NCBI RefSeq assembly: GCF_006345805.1
Contig: NC_042997.1
Coordinates: 183,830,001 to 183,894,000 of the forward strand
DNA: 64,000 bases
From: Octopus sinensis
Taxonomy: Eukaryota
Direction of reading: 5' to 3'
Under the pieces are notes generated by a model. That model did not search any database. It was not told the DNA's origin and saw only the letters and a list, made by a program, of their open reading frames with translations. The position numbers were made by a program, and so were the translations under genes. Positions 52,912 to 64,000 of the stretch are shown one piece after another (positions within the stretch are counted from its first letter, which is position 1; every line of letters begins with the position of its first letter).

Positions 52912-53424
52912 CTAGCAGTATCGCCCGGCGTTGCTCGGGTTTGTAAGGGAAATAACTATATAAGCATTTTTAGAGAGTTACTTCCCTTATAGATGCCAAT
53001 TCGGGCTTTCTTAGCCATTTCTGTTTTGGTGTCTTCAAGCCATGAAGTCGTTGTTCTAAAAGAACGCTGGTCTCCTTGACAACGCATTACGACATTGATT
53101 TCCTTAAACTCCCTTCCCCACAGCTTCACGAGGGAGGGAAGAAGGGGGAGAAGCAAACAGGTGCAGGTGTGACCATGGACGCCAACTCCGCCGCCATCGA
53201 CACACGAAAAATTATGCATTAAAATGGAATAAAAAATGATGTTAAATTATTTTTAAAATCGTAGACTCCTCGTTGACGCGCGCTAATAGCCAGACGGGCT
53301 CGATATGAATCACGACTATAAGATACCCGAATTTGGTTAAACTGCACCGCAAAATGTGGGAGGAGTTAGGAATCTAAATTGAAGGGGACAGACACTCACA
53401 CAACTAGAGTTTTATATATATAGA
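52912..53424 (-). mobile_element. Non-autonomous Helitron copy 3 with ~215-bp extra interior
   Basis: Same termini; unique segment 52992-53206. Confidence 0.8.
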
Positions 53425-53506
53425 TTTTCTTATTAATAACATTTTTTTCTCATATAACTTACTTTATATATATTTGTTTTATCCCATTCAATATATATTT
53501 TAATAG

Positions 53507-53773
<267 letters not shown>

Positions 53774-53825
53774 TAATTTTCTCGGGGAAAAAAATCTCCA
53801 AAAAAACAAAAATTAAAACAAATTA

Positions 53826-54736
53826 CTGTATATACTAGCATACAGAAAAGAATTTGAACTTTAAAAAATATCACCCCAAAACTAGGGCTCGACTTATATA
53901 CCCTGTGTAAAATCGACACCTAAGTGACGTCACTACAGTAGTGTTTACACCAGCCAGGTATGTTTGATGTCTATTATAGTAGGTAATTTACAATATCTGG
54001 CCACTTTTTGAGAAGAACTGGATAAATTTTATGTAACCAAGACAGCAAAATTGGGATCTTTTCGGTTTGAACGGCAGTTTTTTCTAGCGGTGTCATATGA
54101 AATTGTCACCCATAATTATGACCCTAGTATCGATCTATTGCATTTCAATCTGTTTTAGGGTTAGGGTGGGGGGGAAGGGTATCTTTTTTCCTTCGCAAAT
54201 GTAAATAAACCCAATCTGTTTCTTAAACATGGGACATATTCATACGGCACAGAATGTTTTTTTACCTCTATAGACATCAGTGATTGGTTGAAATTGCAGA
54301 AATTGAAGAAAAAAAAACAACAAATATCTTACAAACTATAGAATTTTCTCAATAAAGCCAAGAGAAAAAGATGTTTTATAAACACATTCTACCAGTATAT
54401 GAAGTTTAAAATTTTTTAGTTACCTAGAAATTATGTTAAAAACTGCTGTTCAAACCGAAAAGATCCCAAAATTGTTGTATACAGAGTTTACTGATTGAAA
54501 CATAGTTAAGATGCTATTGAAACACAAGAAAAGCAGAGGCTTCAGGGGCCGCTGGGGCAGCTACAGCTCACCCAACCCCTTTATCTATGAAGTTTGTACC
54601 TTCGGCACTCAAGCTATTTTCTATGAAAACTTGGGGTAGTCTTATACAGCAAGTATAGCTCAAAACCTACTTTTTAAACTGGAATTCCTAGGGATCATCT
54701 TTTACATCTGATCGTTTTATATGCTGGTATATACAG
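53826..54736. mobile_element. pogo/Tc2-like MITE
   Basis: TA|CTGTATATAC ... GTATATACAG|TA. Confidence 0.65.
54053..54467 (-). mobile_element. GGGATC-TIR MITE copy 3 (nested in pogo-like MITE)
   Basis: TIRs; 6-bp TSD AAAATT/AAAATT. Confidence 0.92.
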
Positions 54737-54897
54737 TATATATTATTAAATTTTGTTCAGATCAATAGCAGAACCCTAGGTGATAAATGAATAAAAGGAA
54801 AGTACAATGAATTATAGTAACAATACCAATAATTATCCTGTAACCACATTAAAACATGTCCTACTAAATAAATATGGCCATGTAGCTCTTATGAATA

Positions 54898-55422
54898 CCA
54901 TAAATCCTCGAGTATAATCCGCATTTTTTTCCCTAAAATTTAAAGGTCAAAATCCCTAGTGCGTACTATATACGAGGTTAAAAATGAAAAATATTTTCTA
55001 AGCAATGTCCGAGTCTCTATTTGCTGTCCGGCAAGGTTTATTCAGACGCATTTTGTGATGTCGGGCGCAAAAATACCTTAAGCTAAGCCTGAAAGCAATG
55101 AAGTCATAAAAGAATCATCCATAACTTGCAGTAAGAAACATTATATTAAAATAAAAGTATTCAGAACACAGAATAACATGTAACAAAAACAATTTGCAAA
55201 CATATTTACATTCCCATATAACAGTTAAGAACATCATCATTATTGTATTACGCATGCATGGAAGTGTTTGTTCGACTAGGTGCTGCTGGCTTAATTACTC
55301 ATGACTCAAGTTAGAGAAGAGGTGTGTATTATACACAAGGCTTAGGTTTTTCAGAGGTACAACCCACTAAAAATCCCCTGCGTATTATACTCAAGGGTGG
55401 ACTATACTCGAAGATTTTACGG
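54898..55422. mobile_element. pogo/Tc2-like MITE
   Basis: TA|CCATAAATCCTCGAGTATAATCC ... GGACTATACTCGAAGATTTTACGG|TA. Confidence 0.75.
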
Positions 55423-55831
55423 TATTTGTATTTGGTGTTTTACTTGTATTCATCATACTGGATCTACTATCTTCATTGAACTCACATTAAAAGATTAAAC
55501 TTGTTGGAAATAAGCTTTATAGCAGTCCTTGCAGTGTCACTGGTGCTAAGCTGTATCAGCCTTTGCCTTTCCCCTTGGATAACAGTGGCATGGAGAGAGG
55601 AGGCTGGTATGCATGGGCAACTGTTGGTCTTCCATAAACAACCTTACCTGGACTTGTGCTTGGAGAAGAACTTTCTAGGTGTAATCCTATGGTCATTCAT
55701 GACCGAAGGGAGTTTTTACCTCCTTTTTTCTTTTTATCCCATTCATATTTATATGCAAAAAATAAACGTTTCAACAATAATGATAATGATGTATAATTTT
55801 GTTAATGAATTTATCTTTTTTTTCTCTCTAG

Positions 55832-55954
<123 letters not shown>

Positions 55955-58556
55955 TAAAAAGAGTAACTGATATTGGATTGTTTTATTTTTTTCATTTTCT
56001 GTTTATTTGTGATTAAACAGTTGACTAACTAGGCGTAGGAGTGGCTGTGTGGTAAGTAGCTTGCTTACCAACCACATGGTTCTGGGTTCAGTCCCACTGC
56101 ATGGCATCTTGAGCAAGTGTCTTCTACTATAGCCTTGGGCCGACCAAAGCCTTGTGAGTGGATTTGGTAGACGGAAACTGAAAGAAGCCCGTCGTATATA
56201 TGTATATGTGTGTGTGTGTCTGTTCCCCCAACATCGCTTGACAACTGATGCTAGTGTGTTTACGTCCCCCGTAACTTAGCGGTTCGGCAAAAGAGACCGA
56301 TAGAATGTACTTGGCTTACAAAGAATAAGTCCTGGGGTTGATTTGCTCAACTAAAAGCAGTGCTCCAGCATGGCCACAGTCAGATGACTGAAACAAGTAA
56401 AAGAGTAACTATGGCAACAGAGTGTTCCGAGTGAAAATGGAGAAACTGCCTGTTCATCAAACCATTTCTATTTCTTTACTTTATAATCTCTTGATAGTGA
56501 GAATATTGTAATCAGATGTAAAGCAGGCACAGGTGTAGCCATGCAGTTAAGAAGTTTGCCTCCTACCATTTATTCTCAGGTTCTGTCCTGCTGTGAGACA
56601 TCTTGAGCAAGTGTCTTCTACTATAGCCTCAGGCTGATCAAAGCCTTGTGATTGTGGTTGGATTTGGTAGATGGAAACTGGAAGAAGCTTATCGTGTGTG
56701 TTTGTGTGTACCCTTGTTTTGACATCACATGACGATTGCAAACAAGCACCACTTGCATATGGGTTAGGTTGTTCTTTTGTAGTCTTCCATGAAAAAAATC
56801 TATTGAGAAACACAGTGTAAAGTGTTGTGTATACACATAAACTTGATTATAGTGTTAAATTTTTCTGTCAGAAAATATATTGAAGTCTTTACAAATTCTC
56901 AACTATTACAAGCAGTTTTGAAATATTTATTACAAAATAAATAAATAATATATAAAATTCAATAATTCTGACTTATCTAATATCTACTTTCATGTCAATA
57001 ATATGAAAGCTTAAAATATGAAGATAATGAGGATGATTAAGAAACCTTTATAGTGTGCAGTTACTGTTTTCTTAAAGAGTATCATCATTATCGTTTAACG
57101 TCCACTTTCCATGCTAGCATGGGTTGGACGATTTGACTGAGGGCTGGCGAACCAGGCTCCAATCTTGATCTGACAGAGTTTCTACAGCTGGATGCCCTTC
57201 CTAACGCCAACCACTCCAAGAGTTTAGTGGGTGCATTTTACATGCCACCAGCATGCGGGCCAGTCAGGCGGTACTGGCAATGACCTCGCTTGAATCTTTT
57301 TACACATGCCACCGGCATATTTGCAATTATAGCACCTAGTTTTTTTCTTTCACATTCTGACAAAAATTTTGTTTTCAATTCATCCAGGTTCACTAAAATA
57401 CCCACCAAGCATGCTCAACCTCACTCTATAGAAATTGCCTTTGTACAAATGTGAGAAATTTTGAATGTCAGATTCAGTAGAGCAACAAACAAAATGCCTT
57501 GTAGAATTTAGTGATATTCTGAGTTCAAATCCATCAGGGAATGTTTTTTCATTGTTGCAAAGTTTGATAAATTAAATCACCAGTCAAGTACTGGTATCAG
57601 TTTGATTGACTCAACTCTCACCCTACAAAATGTGTAAGCCTTGTACCAGTAATAATAATTGCAGTATGATAAAGAACATGAAAAGTAACATAAAAATATA
57701 CCAAGGCCCCGACTTCACACACAGTCCAAAAATAAACTCTGCTTGCTCAGTAGATATTCTGCACAAGATAACTTCAATTCATTAGCACAGTATATCTTGG
57801 TTTGTCATTGTGTTTGTGCATATATATATATATTATCATCATCGTTTAACATCCACTTTCCATGCTGGCAGGGGTTGGACGGTTTGACTGAGGTCTGGCG
57901 AGCCAGAAGGCTGCACCAGGCTCCAGTCCGATCTGGCAATGTTTCTACAGCTGGATGCCCTTCCTAACACCAACTCATGCCGGCACCGCATAAAAACCAC
58001 TCAGGCCAGTGCCACTTCAAAGGCACTCATGCCAGTGCCATGTGTAAAGCACTGTTGCTGGCACCATGTTGAAGCATCTGTGCTGATGCCACATAAAAAG
58101 CACCCAAAGCATTCTGTAAAGAGGTTGGCATTAGGAAGGGCATCCAACCATACAAACCATGACAAAACTGTCCAAGCCATGCCAGCATGGAAAACAGACA
58201 TTTAATGATAATGTGCCGGTGGCATGTAAAAAGCACCATCCGATCGTAGCCGTTGCCAGCCCCGTCTGGCCTCCATGCCAGTGGCACGTAAAAAGCACCA
58301 TCCGATCATGGCCGTTGCCAGCCTCGTCTGGCACCTGTGCCGGTGGCACATAAAAAGCATCCACTACACTCACGGAGTGGTTGGCGTTAGGAAGGGCATC
58401 CAGCTGTAGAAACACTACCAGATCAGACTGGGCCTGGTACAGCCTTCTGGCTTCCCAGACCCCAGTTGAACCATCCAACCCATGATGATGATGATGATAT
58501 ATTATTTATATATTTATGTGTTTCTGATATATGTAAGTGTGTGTGTATATATTTAA

Positions 58557-58868
<312 letters not shown>

Positions 58869-58998
58869 TGAGCTTTTATTGAATATCTAACTAAAAATAT
58901 TCTTTGCAAATTATCATAAAATTGCAATCACCAAAATGTTAAATTTATGTACATTATTTACATTTGATGGATATTTGTCCTCATCTTGTTTGTTCTTA

Positions 58999-59042
58999 AC
59001 ACAATGTTTCGGCTGGTATACCCTCCAGTCTTCATCAGATGT
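58999..59042 (-). ncRNA. Minimal Penelope-type hammerhead motif
   Basis: ACAT-CTGATGA-A-GACTGG-agggtata-CCAGCC-GAAAC-ATT-GTGT. Confidence 0.7.
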
Positions 59043-59249
59043 CTTGGGGAAATTTCAAACCTGGATTCTCATTCCTAAGGTATTTTTTGATGTTGTTATT
59101 ATTATATGCCCACGGGAATATAGTGTAGTGGTTAAGAGTGCAGGCTACTAACTCCAAGATTCTGAATTCGATTCCAGGCAGTGACCTGAATAATAATAAC
59201 ATCAAAAAATACCTTAGGAATGAGAACCCAGGTTTGAAATTTCCCCAAG

Positions 59250-59285
59250 ACACCTGATGAAGGCTGGAGGATATATAAGCCGAAA
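59250..59285 (+). ncRNA. Truncated hammerhead motif (stem III and the stem I 3' strand deleted)
   Basis: ACAC-CTGATGA-A-GGCT..AGCC-GAAA followed by an ~18-nt deletion relative to the left arm. Confidence 0.6.
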
Positions 59286-59358
59286 ACAAGATGAGGACAA
59301 ATATCTGTCAAATAATGTAGATAATTCCTCATCTCTTAAATATAGAACTGTATGTTAA

Positions 59359-59631
<273 letters not shown>

Positions 59632-59734
59632 AGACAAGGGATTTCACTGATGGTTAACTCTTCACTGTTTCTCATTTTCTTTCCCTTTATCTTCATATTT
59701 AAAAATTCAAGACATTGTAAAAGAAAAATGCTAA

Positions 59735-59740
59735 AATAAA
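59735..59740 (+). terminator. Candidate polyadenylation signal of PRPF4B
   Basis: AATAAA about 100 nt after the stop codon. Confidence 0.5.
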
Positions 59741-59958
59741 AAAAGTTCTTTTCACTTGTATAAAAAAAAAAATTAAACCTCCAAGTAGTATTTGCTCTGA
59801 AAATAGTTGAACTGAATTGTTAATATTGAGCAATGCAAATGTTCATTAAATTGAGGTAAATATGCCAAACCCCATTTCACATTGTTGTTCTCTTTTTTTA
59901 CATTTCAAAAATCTTTTTGTCTCTTACTTTATCTCTCATAGAAATGTTTACAGTGAAA

Positions 59959-60376
59959 TAAGGCGGCAAGCTGGCAGAAATGTTACTGCGCCGGGTGAGA
60001 TGCTTAGCGGTATTTCGTCTGCCTTTACGTTCTGGGTTCAAATTCCACCAAGGTCGACTTTGCCTTTCATCCTTTCAGGGTCGATAAATTAAGTACCAGT
60101 TACGCACTAGGGTCGATATAATTGACTTAATCCATTTGTCTGTCCTTGTTTGTCCCCTCAGTGTTTAGCCCCTTGTGGGTAGTAAAGAAATAGGTATTTT
60201 GTCTGCCTTTACATTCTGAGTTCAAATTCTACCGAGGTCGACTTTGCCTTTCATCCTTTCAGGGTCGATAAATTAAGTACCAGTTACGCACTGGGGTCGA
60301 TGTAATCGACTTAATCCCTTTGTCTGTCCTTATTTGTCCCCTCTATGTTTAGCCCCTTGTGGGCAATAAAGAAATA
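59959..60376 (+). mobile_element. SINE family C with duplicated body, 19-bp TSD
   Basis: TSD AGAAATGTTTACAGTGAAA at 59940-59958 and 60377-60395. Confidence 0.92.
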
Positions 60377-61821
60377 AGAAATGTTTACAGTGAAACATAT
60401 ATACTAGCTGAACTATTCAGAAGTTCATATCTAGAAACTAAGACATCATATTTTATTCATGGTTTCTTTCTTTTGTTCTTATGTTCAATTTTTCCACACT
60501 GGCACAAAGTGAACAATAATTATTGAAACAATTTTCTATGAATGGATGCTCTTCTTGTTCTACAATTGTCTTTATTCCACTGGTGTTCTCATGTTGAAAC
60601 TATCAAGCAATGGGGGCATATTGCTTACAGAAGATGTAAACAGACGTCATAATTTTTGCTTCAAAAGTGATATGATGACATGGATACAAATGTGCATCTG
60701 CACACACAATGGGTTTCCATACAATTTTTGTCCATATTTCACTCAAAAGGCATTGGTCAACCCAAGGCTGTTGTAGAAGACACTTGCTCTCGGTGTCACA
60801 CACTGAACTCAAAACAAAATTTTGCACCCACACAGCCCATACCTATGTCTGTAATTATCATCATCCTTTTACATCCACTTCTATGCTGGCATACTGCTGC
60901 TTTCCTGGATAGGTCAAAGAACCATATTTGGTTGTAAGTTTTATTTTTTTGGTGGAGGATGTTGGTGCATTATATCATGGCACCAGCACTAAAGAGGACA
61001 GGGGTGAAAAAGTGATTTATAGCAAGAAGCCTGTTCTGTCCTGACCCTGTTTCTCTCTTTTAACTCCTCAGTCCATAGCATAACACAATTGTAGCTCCAC
61101 TCAATTGAAAAGGATTGTAGTCTTGCAGGCTACACAACAACTTCACTAGTGCTGGTTCAATGAAAAGAAAGCACTGAACACACACAATATAAAGTGGTTG
61201 GCATTAGGAAGGGCATCCAGCCATAGAAAGCATACAAAAGCAGATATTTCGGGCCCATCAGATTCTGTTAAATTGCCCAACCCATGCCAGCATAGAACCT
61301 GGAAGTTATAATGATAAAGAGATGGCTTTCTTAACATGAGCCATTTGACAGAAATATGTTTGACAAATAGCTGGCTTCCTAGTTAAATTAATTCATAAGT
61401 ACACTTGTTTGCTAATAAGAGTAGAGTAAAACCAATAAATTGATGCTAGCTTACTGCTGGTAATTATTTTATCAACTCTTGCAAGAATTAAATACAAAGT
61501 TAACGCTAAAACCATTTGATCTCACAAACAGGAGACACCAAACTAGATGTAAAAAATTTTCTCTAGTGATCTGTTCTATTTAGATTTATAATAAAGATTT
61601 CCTATATGAGAATTTTAAATGAGAAATGTTAAACTGAAATATACATACCTTTCCTAAGGCTTTAAGCAATGTGAAAGAAGTACACTTGATTTGAGTAATG
61701 TAATAAGTTTTTATCTTTTACTTGTTTTGGTCATTGGAGTACAACCATGCTGGGGTACTGCCTTGAAGGTATTTATTCACACAAATTGATCCCAATACTT
61801 ATCTAAGATGGTAACAAAATG

Positions 61822-62225
61822 TGGATCTTTTCGGTTTGAACGGCAGTTTTTAACATAATTTCTAGGTAACTAAAAAATTTTAAACTTCATATACTGGTAG
61901 AATGTGTTTATAAAACATCTTTTTCTCTTGAGAAAATTCTATAGTTTGTAAGATATTTGTTGTTTTTTTTCTTCAATTTCTGCAATTTCAACCAATCACT
62001 GATGTCTATAGAGGTAAAAAAACATTCTGTGCCGTATGAATATGTCACTCGTTTAAGAAACAGATTGGGTTTGTTTACATTTGCGAAGGAAAAAAGATAC
62101 CCTTCCCCCCACCCTAACCCTAAAACAGATTGAAATGCAATAGATCGATACTAGGGTCATAATTATGGGTGACAATTTCATATGACACCGCTAGAAAAAA
62201 CTGCCGTTTAAACCAAAAAGATCCC
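61822..62225 (+). mobile_element. GGGATC-TIR MITE copy 4
   Basis: TIRs; TSD AAAATG/AAAACG. Confidence 0.9.
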
Positions 62226-62346
62226 AAAACGTTTTAATATATTTGCTGATATGACTTGATGGTGTACAGTCTTGAACCAAGTTCTTAACAAATTTGAGGG
62301 AAAAAAGAGAAAATTTATGAATACATAAATATAATTTATTCAAACA

Positions 62347-62455
62347 CTATGAAAATTTTCTTGAATTAAATACTATATCAGCAGGGCGTTGAGGAGGTGG
62401 AGGTCGGCGAAACATACGGTACCACATCCATGCAGTTATAGCACTTAATGTGTAC
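62347..62455 (-). CDS. Probable terminal exon of an unidentified gene (YTLSAITAWMWYRMFRRPPPPQRPADIVFNSRKFS*)
   Basis: Branch-like TACTAAT, T-tract and CACAG acceptor; GC-richer than flanks; A/T-ending codons; AATAAA 6 nt after TAG. Confidence 0.5.
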
Positions 62456-63758
62456 CTGTGGGCAAAAAAAATAATATTAGTAAACAATTTTTAAATGCAA
62501 ACACTTAACATGTATTAAAATTATATCATCATCATTCTCATTTTATTTCATTTTTGTATGATAATATTCAGGAGGCTGTTGTCTTTAGGATTACATTCTC
62601 AGAAATAACTATAAACCCCTATGTGTTTTGTTTTGCTTTCCTTTTAATCTCCAATATTTTTCAATATCTAAGATATTGCATCAGAAGTTGCTTTTAGGAG
62701 ATACTCCATCCTAATTTTAATCTCTTTCTTAGCCAGCCAGTTATTAGAGTGTCTGTAGAGCTACTACAACTAGTTTAAATATATATGTGTGTGTGTATTT
62801 CAGTTGTGATTATATGGTTACGAGCAAAACGCCCCCCCCCCCGTCCAAAAATCCGGTGCTGAGTTGTCAAACATTTAAACCAAATTTTCTCTAAACAACT
62901 TGTCCAACTGTCACATAGGTCTCCCCTTTGAGAAACACTTATTTAACCTAAATTTGAGACACCATGCATTTTTCTTGCGTATGTATAGTATCGATTGCAA
63001 CAGCTGATGTACTTGCGCGAACAAATGCACGTTCCCACGGCTTAATTGATCCCATTCTCACCTGGAATCGATTTTTGTAATTTTTTTCAAGACTTATACA
63101 CGCCCTGATACCATCAGCATCTACATATCAAATTGAGCGCAATCGGATGGAGGATGTTTGAGATCCTAGAAGACACACACACAGACAGACAGAACAACTT
63201 AAATATAATAGATAATCCCAAGTCAGAAAACCTTATTTTTTTCAGCAGATCATTATTGCTATGTAAGAAATCATAAAGCATCACAGTTTGCACACAAGCA
63301 TTTTGTTTTTCTCTCTGACAGAAAGGTTTTGTTATCAACAGAAGTATTAGCTCCCTGAACTTTCTCCAGTTCCTTGTTATTCAAGCAATTATACTTTTAG
63401 GGCATCTCCCACTGCTAATTAGATTACCTAGGTAATGAAAGCTATTAACAATTCATAGGGGACCTTCCAGGAATTTGAATATCATAAGCTGGTTGGACAA
63501 GAGTGGCAATGCAGCTGGGGGACTTGTGCTTAATCCGGAAGACTTTTGTTTATAGTTCCATCAATGCACCGCAAGCATACAATATATGATGATGATGATG
63601 ACAACAAACCTTTCATACAGCCATCTTCATAACAACACAACCAGTGTTGTAAATTTCTAAACTTAATACCACAAACACACTAACTCGACATTAAATTTCC
63701 TTCTTTTTGTAATATAAACTATTCGAAAAATAACAAATTTACTGTCCCATATGTTTAA

Positions 63759-63979
63759 CCCTTTAGTGTTCAGATTACTCTGTTAAATCTAATACTTTTT
63801 CACTCAAATTGTTTTGAATTACTCATGCATTATCTTATAGTTTTGAGGTTTCAATGATGTGAATGTTTATTTTTAGAATGTCACTGTAGGTTAGGTGTGA
63901 GAGACTGGATATCGCCAGTTTGAATATAAAACATGTAGAATATATTGGGCCGGATGTGGCCGGTTTAAACACTAAAGGG
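63759..63979. mobile_element. piggyBac-type MITE
   Basis: TTAA|CCCTTTAGTG ... CACTAAAGGG|TTAA; same family as 41988. Confidence 0.88.
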
Positions 63980-64000
63980 TTAAAGGAAATTGATCATGTC

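Larger units (their letters stand above)
58950..59330 (+). mobile_element. Palindromic tRNA-headed element with Penelope-like hammerhead tail
   Basis: Arms 58950-59104 / 59189-59320 are inverted; the loop contains A-box TAGTGTAGTGG (59121) and B-box-like AATTCGATTCC (59165). Confidence 0.75.

Noticed and set aside
59110-59187. Functional tRNA gene
   Set aside because: A/B boxes are present but I could not fold a full cloverleaf (no acceptor stem); the same applies to the other SINE heads.
62378-62455. Ly6/uPAR-like reading VHIKCYNCMD of the candidate exon
   Set aside because: Stops after 25 codons, lacks the remaining cysteines, and uses many NCG/C-ending codons atypical of the genes here.

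Overview
AT-rich, repeat-dense animal genomic DNA. It is most likely an octopus; this is inferred from the SINE/Penelope/Helitron landscape and cannot be verified here. Hand-splicing gives: (1) the first six coding exons of PMS2 on the - strand (10176 to 257, continuing off the left edge); (2) a complete 14-exon PRPF4B/PRP4 kinase on the + strand (13764-59631, 3357 nt CDS, 1118 aa), divergent from PMS2; (3) a probable terminal exon of an unidentified third gene on the - strand (62347-62455). Introns are filled with four SINE-like families, RTE and CR1/L2 LINE 3' ends, mariner relics, pogo/Tc2-, piggyBac- and 6-bp-TSD MITEs, and non-autonomous Helitrons. Most notable: three distinct repeats in PRPF4B introns carry type I hammerhead ribozyme motifs. 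Two of these occur as tail-out inverted pairs, and one pair encloses a tRNA-like Pol III cassette (retrozyme or Penelope-dependent SINE-like). Other notable features are an ORF1-only Tx1/L1-like element sitting in a SINE head, a near-perfect out-of-order duplicate of a PMS2 exon, and a 555-bp locally templated insertion. Repeat family assignments are by motif recognition only, with no database search.
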